From Lama glama (taxonomy: Eukaryota), in NCBI GenBank assembly GCA_028534125.1, contig CM052816.1, positions 8,310,001-8,374,000 of the forward strand: 64,000 bases of DNA, in the 5' to 3' direction. Positions 11,101-21,605 of the stretch are shown in pieces. The position numbers and the translations under genes were made by a program. The number at the start of each line of letters is the position of its first letter. Within the stretch, counting starts at the first letter, position 1. The notes below the pieces were generated by a model. It was not told the DNA's origin, made no database searches, and saw only the letters and a list, made by a program, of their open reading frames with translations.

Positions 11101-12786
11101 TCTACTAGCCCCCAGCCTCACTTTGCCTGTTAACCATCCCCCACAGTATATTAGGAGGCCTGATCTCATCAGCCCCCTGTTTAAAATCCTGCAGTGGCCC
11201 CTCCTGACCCTTGGGACAAAAGCGAGACTTCTGTTGGGTTCACAAAGCTCCTTACTACCTTTCCAGCCTATTCCCCACCATATCCCCTCTCTGTGCTTCA
11301 ACCATTCTTTTCTTCTTGTTCAAACCTACCAAGCTCTCTCTGACATTCAAGCTTTTGCACACGCTGTTCCTTCTGCCTAGAACACTGTTCCTGCTCCTGC
11401 ATAGTGTGTGACCTCTTGACCTCAGATCTCAGTTGAAATATTTCCTCCCCAGAGAAGCCATAATCTAGCTAAATAAGAACCTCCACCTACCCAGCCTTTT
11501 ATTCTGTGTCTCTTTTATGACATTTGTCATTATTAATTTATTTTCTTTTCGTTTGCTAATGAGCTGTATGAGCGCAGGACACATAGTAGGTGTTCAGTTA
11601 ATTTCTGTTGCATGGATAAATAGTGGGAGAAACAGAAGGGCCTGAGAGTCAGAGACCCCACTGTGTGCCCTCAAGACCTACTGTGTGCCCTCCAGAGAGT
11701 TTTGGCCTTCTCTGGGACCCAGTATATCCAGTAAGGGGTCATATGAGGCTTCTGAGGGCCGTTCTGTTCTGATGATCCTTGAGCCATCTGTGTACCAGAA
11801 GGACACACCCTTGTTCCCTGGGGCACTGAGACCAAGGCCAGCTGGAGGGTGAGGAGAGGCTGAGGTGGGCAGGGTACTGAAGCCCTTATCTCCTGGGACT
11901 CTATCTGGCCTTGGTGGTAACAGTCTGGCCCAGCAAGAGCAGTCTTAGGAATCTAGGGTGGGAATGTGGCCTGAAGCCCCTACTGGTCCCTCTGCCCAAG
12001 CAGAGGGCCATTATGCTTAGTGTCCGGGAGGGGAAGGGGCAGTTTCCACTGTGTGACCCTTTTGGCTCCCCCCGTGCAAGTGTAAGGACCTAGCTGCTCA
12101 GGGTGTGCAGGGTGGAAAAACACTGAGCTAGGGGCCAGGAGTCCTGCATCCCAGGCTCATTTTGTCTCTGCCAACCTCAGGCAAGTCCCCTCTGCTCTCT
12201 GGGCCTCAGTTTTTATCTGTCCAATGGACTCATCTTAGGACTCTTCAGGCCCTGACATCCAAGATGCCTGTGCTGATGCCTGGGCCATGTGTGCTGTGTC
12301 CTCAGCCCAGGCCTGGAGAGCCTGGGCCGGGGGGGCAGCGCCGGGAGCGTGGGAGAGCCAGATGTGGTGGCCGCTGGCCCTGTCTGAGCGAGCGCTGAGC
12401 CGGCCTACTGGGAATTCTCCCACTCAGGCGCCCTTTCCGGCCCCCTCCCCTGCCCCACTGAGAACCCTGGCTTCCGGCTCTAAGGAGCGTGGGTGGGGGG
12501 CTGAGGGGGGGGTCAGTTCAGCCCGGTTCCCGCCTTCACAGAAGAACATAGGGCTGAGAGTCTAGACCAAAGCCTGAGCTCCGGTCCTCATCTCACACAT
12601 CACCGTCACTTTCCATCCCTGGGTCTCAGGCATGCTGGCTGCAAAAGGAGCCGTTGGACCAGCTTCTCTCCAGCCCTGGTGGTGGACTTCTGTGACGGCA
12701 GCTCCTGGTGACACCTGAGAAGCAGGCAGCTTTCGTGGTGTTTCTCACTCTCCCATAGTCCTTGCACCAAAAGCTGGGCTGCCAGG

Positions 12787-12901
12787 CCCAGCATCTGGGC
12801 CAAGGCTTTGGAGGTGAACAGCCAGGACAGACGCTCGGAGGGGAGTTGTGAAGACTGATGGAATCTTTGGGCACAGGAAATTCTTGTGCAGGCAGGCCTG
12901 A
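12787..12901 (+). repeat. 115-bp direct repeat, copy 1
   Basis: Ungapped match to 14215-14329 with 9 mismatches (manual alignment). Confidence 0.92.
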
Positions 12902-14214
12902 CCTTCTGTGCATCACTTACTCAGGCCTCTCAACAACTTTGTGAGGCTGGCACACTTATTCCCATTTTATAGCTCAAAACACTGAGGCTCTTTGAACTCA
13001 GATCATGTAGTTTGTCCAAGGTCACACAGCTAGGAAGTGGCAGAGCTGTGCTGGAACTGCCGATATCAGAGCTCAGGCTCTCAATCCCCGAGCATGCCAC
13101 CATGCAGTGGGGAGGGGACGTGCTGAACCCCAGGGCGTAAGGCTCCTCTCTCCCTCTGCACCCCATGCCACTCCACCTCAGGCAGGGCTCCCCACTCTCC
13201 ATGCTCTGCCCACCGTGCACTCTCAGTCTAGCCTCCCCTAAACAGGATTGTCTGAGGCTCCCAGCACCTGGGAGGTGGGAGACTGCTTGTGGCTCATCCT
13301 GTGCACAGTGGGATTGGGGGCCATGCTGACCACCCCAGCATGACGATGCTGCTGTGCCCACTGCCCAGCCCCTTCAGAGTATACAGGGGAAACTGAGGCC
13401 CAGAGAAGGGACAGCTCAGCCCAGGGGCACACAGGGATGGGCCACAGCTAGAATGAGGGAAATGCACTATTTCAAGAACACTTCGGACATTGTACTAAGC
13501 CCTTAAAGTGCATTACAAATCCCAACAATCTTTTGAGTCATTCCTTGAAATATCTCCATTTTTCAGAGGAGGAACTGAGGCTCAGAAGCTTAAGTGACTT
13601 GTCAAGATCATGTAGCTTGGAATTGCAGAAGCGGGATTTGAACCAGCTCTGTCTCTGGCTCCAGAACCTGCCCTGTCAATCATGACCCCTCTTCCTCAGC
13701 TGTCCAGCCCTTAGCAAGTGTCCTGTGGTGTTCCCTGTGGTTCTGCATCCCCCAACCTCATCTCAGCTCTGCAGAGGCATAATAGCCCTGGTGCCCGCCA
13801 AGGGTTAATGGTGGTAGGGGCTAAGTGATTCCAGATGGGCCAGCCGGACGGCTGGGCTGGCCGGAAACCGGCGGCCGCCAGCTTCCCCGGGGAGCCACCA
13901 GCAGCCGCCCCCTCCCCTCTGTGTTGCATCTCTGGCCCCCAGCTGTCCCCTTGCCCTGGGGCCCACCAGCCTCCTCTCCTAGCTAGAGTCCAACTCGAAG
14001 AAACTTGCAGACAAAGCATCCCCAAAGGCCCTGCAACACAGTGAGTCCACCCTTGTTATGTGTGGATGGGGAAACTGAGGCTCAGGGAGGCCAAGGTACC
14101 TATCCAAGGCCACACAGCAAGTTCACAGCTGGGTCTCCTGACTCCCAGACTATCTTTTTTGGATATTGGTTGAAATGCCCCCTTGTTCTCCCCCACTGCC
14201 CCCACTGACCTGGT

Positions 14215-14329
14215 CCCAGCAGCTGGGCCAAGGATTTGGAGATGAACAGCCAGGGCAGATGCTCGGAGGGGAGTTGTGAACACTGATGGAATCTTTGGGC
14301 ACAGAAAATGCTTATGCAGGCAGGCCTGA
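14215..14329 (+). repeat. 115-bp direct repeat, copy 2
   Basis: Ungapped match to 12787-12901 with 9 mismatches. Confidence 0.92.
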
Positions 14330-15871
14330 TCTTGCGGTCTTTGGAGCCCCTCGTGTTCCCCTGTGACCCCACTGCCACTGAGTTGGGCCCGGCCCACTCT
14401 CTTGGGAGGCTCTCATGGCCCCCACGCCATGGCCTGGAGCCAGTCTGAGAGCCCTTCTCCCTCTGTGTGGCTCAGCCCAGACACTCTGCTCAGCAATCCC
14501 CACTGGGACAAGACCAAGAAATGATCACAAGAGAGGTTTCCATGGTTGCCATGAAATTCCAGCTCAAGCAACCCCCCTTCCCCCATGAACAGGAACCTGA
14601 GGTGAGTCCCAGGAGGGAAAGGAGACAGAGGGCAGGATGGAAGTGCTCCGGGCAGAGGCAGGCTCTACCTGTGTGACCTGGGATCCCCTCCCTGGGACTC
14701 CGTTTCCCCAGGTATACACTAGTAGGGGGAGAGGTGATGCTCTCCACTCTCTACGCCATTTAAAAATGATGCCCTTGGCCAGGAGACTGTGACTAGAGAC
14801 ATGTTCTGATCTGAGGACATGAGGATTGAAGAAGTGAGGCGGGTGAGAGGCCCAGGGGCTCCTGGAGGAGCCTTGGCAGGCCTTTGTGCAGAGGCGGGCA
14901 GGAGGAGGAAAATGGAACGTAGCAGGTGCTCGAAAATGAATGAGGGGCAGGGAATGGGATAACCCAGGAAGAAGGTGGGACAGGAGGGCCAGTCGACACT
15001 GCAGTGTGGGTCTTCCTTTGGGGTCAGATCACCTGTATCTTTTCTGTCATGTCACTCACGACATCTGATTCTGCTGGAGCTCTGCTGTTGCCATGTGAGC
15101 TTCGGAAGCTCATTTCACTCCTCTGGGCTTCAGTCCCTTGTCTATAAGATGAGGAAAATCTCCTTTCCTGGTATTCCACGGGCTTTGAGATAATAGAGGG
15201 TCATGTCTGGAAATCTGAAGTTTGCTGGGTGACCCTGGGCATGTCTCTTTCTCTCTCTGTGCCAGTTCACCCGTGGGCCTTGATTTCTTTTTCTAAGAAG
15301 TGACTGCTAATCTCAGAAGAGCTTTCCATCTCTTAAGTCACCTTTTCTCAGAAGCCCTTTTCTGGTTCCCTCAAGCCTCGATGAGTGCCCCTCTAAATGC
15401 ACTCTCAGTATCCCTGCCCTCCCTGAGCACTGCCTCCCCCACTAGCCTGGGCCGCCTGAGGTCGGGGACTGTAACTTACCACTGCATTCCCAATACCCAG
15501 CACAGTGGCTGGCACACAGTAGGTGTTCAACATGCTTGTTCAGTGAATGAACGTTGACTGAATCGACCGTATAGGTAATCGGGGCTCCCTTTTCAGATGG
15601 GGAAGCTGAGGCACAGAGAAGGGACCCTCCCCAGGTGCCACAGCAAGGGGAGGCTGCCACCCGCAACAGACATCAGGCGAGTGGGGCCAGGCCACTCGTT
15701 AATAAAAGTGACTCAGCGGCTGGCTGGCGTGGGCTGCGGAATTTCTAAACATCCCCTCACATCCTGAGTGAGCAGGCAAAGGGAGGGAGCAAGCAGAGGG
15801 AAAAGAGGAAGAAAAACAAGAAACTTGGGGGAAAAGAAAGGGGGGGCAAACTGAAATTGAAAACAGACGCA

Positions 15872-15925
15872 CGCGTCCACCTTCCCCGCCCCCAACCCCC
15901 CTTCTCCCAGCTGAGCCAATCAGAG
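15872..15925 (+). promoter_or_regulatory. PDGFRB: PDGFRB TATA-less proximal promoter: polypyrimidine/GC-box tract and CCAAT (NF-Y) box
   Basis: C-rich tract with CCCCGCCC at 15872-15911 and GCCAATCAG with CCAAT at 15916-15920, about 65 bp before exon 1. An AP-1 site (TGACTCA) lies at 15709-15715. Confidence 0.8.
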
Positions 15926-15983
15926 GCCACCCTGCAGCCTTTCCCCCAAAGTGGGGGGGCAGGGAAGCCCACGGTGGTGTGAG

Positions 15984-16414
15984 CTCCTGGGGCTGCCAGC
16001 AGCTTGCAGTCCCTGCCCGCCCCGTCTGGGACCCAGGATCGTTTTGTGAACAACTTGGAGCCGGAGTGGAGGAGGGACTAGGAGGAGAGAGCCGGGCCCC
16101 TCTAACCAGCGCCACCAGGCAGCAGCCTGTGCAGTGAGACACAGACAGCCAGACCCAGGGCGGCCCCTCCTGGCAGCCCTGCTCCTCTAGAAGGATGCTT
16201 TGGGAGTGAGGCCACTCCTCACCCCTGCAGCCCCCAACTCCCTCCATTCTCCTGAGGCTCTGTGAGCCTACAACTGTCCTCGCTGCCCTCCAACCCAGCC
16301 GCTGCCCCATTTTGGGTCCGGCATAGATTTTCTAATAACAGGAGGTCTTCCTGGAGGGGGTGACAGCCCAGAGCCCAGGACGTTGCCTTCTCTTCAGAAA
16401 GCATCAACAGCAAG
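15984..16414 (+). other. PDGFRB: PDGFRB exon 1 (non-coding 5'UTR); start approximate
   Basis: Resembles the human PDGFRB 5'UTR (CTCCTG..GCTGCCAGCAGC...CAGCAAG) and ends at a consensus donor CAAG|GTAAGT at 16414/16415. Confidence 0.85.
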
Positions 16415-19400
16415 GTAAGTGCTGGGAAGAGGGGGGTCCCCGGGCTCTTGTCCTGTCCCCTTGTCCCAGACTGCGCCTTCTCGAGTAGGTCAAAAAATGG
16501 AAAATATTTTTAACAAAACCAGATGGGAGGAGGCCGGGAGGCTGTGGGTGACATCAGGGCTGGAGGAGCCAGCTCTCTTCTGCTCAGGCTGCTTCTGGGG
16601 TGGGTGCCCTCTGCCCTCATCAAACAAACCCCAGAGGTTTCTGGGTGCTGAGCAGGGGGCCCTCCAAAGCATAGCACCGCTTGTTGGGAGACGGGAGAGC
16701 TGGAAGGGGCATGAGAGGGGAATTGGGAGATGGCCGACAGGGTACATGGAAACGGGACCTGGCAGGGGATAGGGGACCTCAGACCCACAGCCTCTGTCCC
16801 TGGCTGGGCCTAGGCCTTGTCCCTAAGAATCTGTCTGGCTCTAGGCCAGTCAGCCGCCCGGCAACCTCTCAGGATTTAAATGGATTTGCAAATTTTCCAG
16901 ATTCCTAAGATGTCCTTCCAAACCCCCAGCGGCTGGGAAAGTGCGAAGGCGAAGGGGCTGTGGCAGGCCCATCCTAACAGTCATGCAGCGGGGCTGGGGT
17001 CTGGGATCTGGCCCACAGATATGGGGGCCCCTCTCTGAAGCAGGGGGGTGGGCTGCTGGCCCCTTTCCTCTGGTCCCAGCTGCTCAGGCCTCCTCACTGT
17101 CTCCCTCCTTCTCCGCTCCCCCCTAAAACATGAATCTGATCACGATTCCTTCTGTGAGTCTCCCGGGTAAAAGGTGACTGCGGAAAGCCCAAACTCCAAA
17201 CTCTTAACTCCTAACGAACTCCTAACAGTGATTGATACTTACTGCATGCCAGGACCATGCGGAGTATTTTATAAGCATGATCTCACGTGACGCTCACTAG
17301 CAACTCCAGTGGCAGGGACTGATTTTATACCCCATTTACGCATGAGGGAACTGAGGCTCACAGCAGCCACAAACCTGTGCTACCCAGCTAACAGTTGGCA
17401 GAGCTCAGGGAGACAGTAAGCTCCCTCCCCATCATGCCCAGCTTGGGCTTTGTGTTCCTGTCAGTCAGATCTCAGGATTCCCAGAAGGAATTTTCACCAC
17501 TCTGCCTGTAGGCATGCCCTTCCTCATCACCTTCCCTTTCCTTCAAGGACCCTCCCTACTCTCCCTCCTCCAGGCAGCCTTCCTGGGTTTTTCCAGTCTT
17601 CCAAGAGCTTGCCATGCCCTTCATGCTGGAGCCTTGTTGCTTGGCTCTCTCTTTCTGTGTTCTATTTACACATCAGAAATCGTTCAGGCCCCAGGCTTCC
17701 CCGGTTTGTGTTCTGGCCAAAGTGTCCCCAGGAAGGCAGTGGGGCTGAGAAAATGCAGTCGTGAAGGGGAGGAGGAACTCACGGAAGACCTTGTGTTCCC
17801 AAGCGTGAGCCCAGGACCCAGACCTCCTGTCTTCCTTTAGGTGCCTTTCCAGAAACTTATGTGGTTCCTCCAGACTGCATTTTTCTGTGTCACACAGGGA
17901 GTGGGGATCCCACAGTGCAGACACCTCTAGTGAGACCTTCTGAAGTCATACAGTCCTCGCCTGCCTCCAAGCAGCAGGGCCCTGAATCCACAACACTTGG
18001 GGACACGCAGACCATATTGGTCACCATTATCCAGGGCTTACCCTGTCCCGGGCACAGAGCCTGGAACCTCGCATGCCTTATAATCCCCACAGCAGGCCTT
18101 TGGAATTGGTATTGTTATTACCCCTGTTTTGAAGACAAGGAAAATGAGGCTCAGAGAAGCTCAGTGACTTTCCCAGGGTCACACAGTTAGTAGAGTTATT
18201 TTAGGCTGAGGTCTGCTTGAAACCAAAGACTTAACCCCCTTGCTCCCAGGGAGCCCCTGGTCAGAGGGGAGAGTCTCCATCCTCCCGCAGAGCCTGCTCT
18301 TGGTTCCAGCACCTTTTCCAGCAGGAAGTTCAGCTTCAGGCCTTACCTGCTCCCAGGTTCACCTGGGGCCCTGGCTTTGTCCTAAGAGGAAGGAGACCAT
18401 ATGGTGAGCCCCCTCCCTTCAGCAGTGATTGGGCAGCCCTCCCTTCTCTGTGGGAAGAAGAGCTGAGACTTCTAATTGCCCACAGATGTGGGGCAGCGGA
18501 AAGCACCGTGGATTCAGAGTCAGGAGACCTGGAGCTTTTTCTGGCTCCACTTAAATCCACTGTGTGGCCAGCCTCAGCCCCCCACGTCCTCTTTGTTGCT
18601 GTATCTGCATCTAGAAGGCAGTGGGCACCGTGGGTAAACAACACCAGGTTTGGGCATCAGATGACCAGGCACTGACCAGCCCCCCAACCCTGGGCTCTGG
18701 CTGACTGCGTGACACTGGGCCAGTGCTCTGCCCCTTGGGCGCCAGGCCCCTCCTCGGTGAGCAGAAGGGCAGGATGCAGAGTCCACAAAGTTACAGTAAA
18801 GATAAGGCGCTTAGCACAGTTCCTGCCCTTCATAGGGCTGGACCTTATGCCAGTGGCTAAGAGAAGGTGGCTGCTCTCCCTGCCTCCTGCGTGAGACAGC
18901 CTGGCTGTGAAGCTGCTCTGCACCTTGTGAAGGGCTGTGCCCACAAAAGGGCCCTTTGCATCATGGGGGTGCTGAAGGCTCACTTTCACCACTCGGGCAC
19001 AGTCTGGCTCTGAGACCAGCTGCCTTCTGGGCTGAAGGAGGGGACTCTGGGTGTTTCAGTCGGGATGGTTTGCTGCGTGGTGAGGAGGCAGGAAGGAATG
19101 AGAGGGTCCTCAGACGTTCCTGAAATGTACTCCCTCCCCTGATTTTTTCTGCATGTGGTTCAGAACCCCATGAGCAGTGGACCCTTGGAAGGCGGAGAGC
19201 TTCCTCCACTGTTTTCCCCTGCGTCCCCCACCCCCAGCCATGTCCCCCCAGCGTCAGAGACTGTAGGGCCCCGGCTGGGAAGCCGTGAGTGCAGGATGAC
19301 AGAACAAGGACCAGCCCTCTCTGAACACGTTCCTTGTGCTTCACACCCACCGCCGTGAAGCCCCCTGCTGTGCTCCTCGGAGCCTACAACAGGCCTGGCA

Positions 19401-21464
19401 TTCAGTAAGTGCGCAATAAATATTTGCCGAACTAATTTAATCATTGCAACAAGCTCGAGGAGCAGAGATAAACACTCTGTCTTACAGATGAAGAAATGCC
19501 CAGAGAAGTTAAGAGGTTAAGTCAGTTGCCCAGAGTCCCGCAGCGAGGAAGTGGTGGAGCTGGGACTGACACGGAGTGTTTCTGACCCCAGAGCCCATGA
19601 CTGAGAGGCTGGGTGGGGCCTGGGCCTCAGCTATGGGGGCCCCTCAGAGTTCCAGAGGTGGTCATCAGACCCTGTGGGTGAGTCAGTCCCTCTCTGGGCC
19701 TCAGTTTCCCCATCACTAAAACAGGGAGGTTGAACAAGATGATCTCTGAGCTCCTTCCAGCCCTAGAACAATTCCAGGATTCCAAGCCACGCCAGCTCAG
19801 ACTGGCAGCCGCACAAGCCCTGTCGTGTACTCCAGGATCATGCATATTTAACTTCACAATCAAAGGGTTTTTTCTTACCCTTTTTCTACATGTTACAGAA
19901 AGCGGTCAGGATCGATGAGCACTAATGGAAAAGAGGGGGAGGAACTTTCTGACGATTGCAGGGGCCTGTTAATGGGCTCAGTTTCTCGAGGAGCTCTGAG
20001 GGTGTGTTCTGCCAGAGCCTGGCAGATACCGAGGAAGAAGGGTCAGGAGGTGTGCCGTGAGGGGGTGTGTTTGGATGCTATGACCCTTTGCTGAATTTGT
20101 GAACCTCATATGCTCTGACTTGATGAGGAAGCAAGGCTTTGGCCCATGATAGTTGGACGAGTGAGGGTAGATGGACGAATGGTGGGGTCCAGAAATCGGG
20201 GAACAGCTGCAGACACCCACTTCTAATGGAGGAGTGTGAAATTCACACACTTGTTGCTTCCAGTGTAGAAACCCACCTCAAGCCCCTCCCAAGACTTCAG
20301 GCCCAGAACCCTCAGGCAAAAGAGCTCCCTGAAACCCCCCTGGCCATGGCCCCAGGATCCCCCACTCCCAGGGGCTTCCTGGGGCACCCCACCCCCATCC
20401 TGATGCAGGAGGTTGAAAATGAAAGTGTATTGCTTTAACTGCATTAGTACCCTTTCTTCTCCTCACTTCAGAGCAAAGCTATTTAATGTCTCAGGTGCCT
20501 GAGACCTTTCATCTGCCAGAGGTACCAGCTTCTCCGCCCTGTGATGGAAAGGGCTGTCCCTTGGGAGGTGAGGGCAGTAGGGCCAAGGGGTCAGGCAGTT
20601 CTTGAAGGTCAGAGAGAAAAGGACTTTTGGGGCCACCCTAGTTCAACTTGTTTATTGTGTTGGTGGGAAATGAAGATCCAGAGAAGAGGAGAGGTGTGCC
20701 TCAGGTCAAACAGATGGTCAGCGATAGCACTGAGCCTGGGACCCGGCCTGCAGGCCTGGACTTTCCTCTGTGCCAGCTCATGTGCTGAATCTTCACCACC
20801 CACCTCTGTGGTCCAAGGCTCGGGCTCCTGCTTCTGGGGTGCGGCCGTGGAGCAGAGTTCGGGCTGAAAAGGAGCAACGCCATCCTGACGAGGGATGAGA
20901 CCCCTCTGGGTTGTCTTGTGGACCACGGAGCCTTTGGTTACATTACTTCTCCATTCTGGCCATAATCTCCTTTTACATAAAGTGAGGAGAGGGGAAAGTG
21001 GACAGCTCATTGACGCCATAGTTTCCATCCAGCTCTGCCCTTAGCCCCTGCCAGGCTTCGTGTGGCTGTTTCACATCTTGCTGCTGCCCTGGTCACCGTC
21101 TGTCCCAGGAAGTGGAAAGTTAAGGGCTGTGACACCCCTCACCAGCTTCTCCATGGGTCTAAGAGGGCGTGGGGAGGTGGGTTCCAGGGTTAGTCCCAGA
21201 GGGTGGGGCTCAGATTTACAAACCTGTCACTGAATCCTGGGCCTCTCCTAGCCCAGAGCATGGGGCATGAAGGCTCAGGTGTGACTCAGTAGACTGTGGA
21301 CTACTCCCGTCTTACCTGTATTTGTGTCCTTATCAGCCCCCAGACTGGGGCCTGTCTGCTGAATGGATAGTGAAGGAGTAAATGTACAGAGAGATGGATA
21401 AATAGGTTGGTGGATGCATGGACGGATGGACGGACCAGTGGCCTCCCCTGTAGTCCAGGGAGCA

Positions 21465-21605
21465 GGGGTGACTTCATAAGCATTCAAACTGCGCAGTCAC
21501 AGAGGACTCCATGCTTAGAAGGGCCTTGCCTTGAAATGCTTAATAGTTTTTTAACTAGGGTCCCTGTATTTGCATTTGGCATTTGGCCCCACAGGGAGTT
21601 CAGGC
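21465..21605 (+). mobile_element. MER45A-like hAT element (second, more decayed copy)
   Basis: GCAGTCACAGAGGACTCCATGCTTAGAAGGGCC...CTTGAAATGCTTAATAGTTTTT; similar to the reverse complement of 8000-8172. Confidence 0.55.

Noticed and set aside
12787..14329. Direct repeats read as LTRs of a retroelement, or as C/D snoRNAs
   Set aside because: No TG...CA ends, PBS/PPT or TSD, and the interior holds ancient MIRs. Each copy ends in CTGA but lacks a correctly placed RTGATGA box C and terminal stem.
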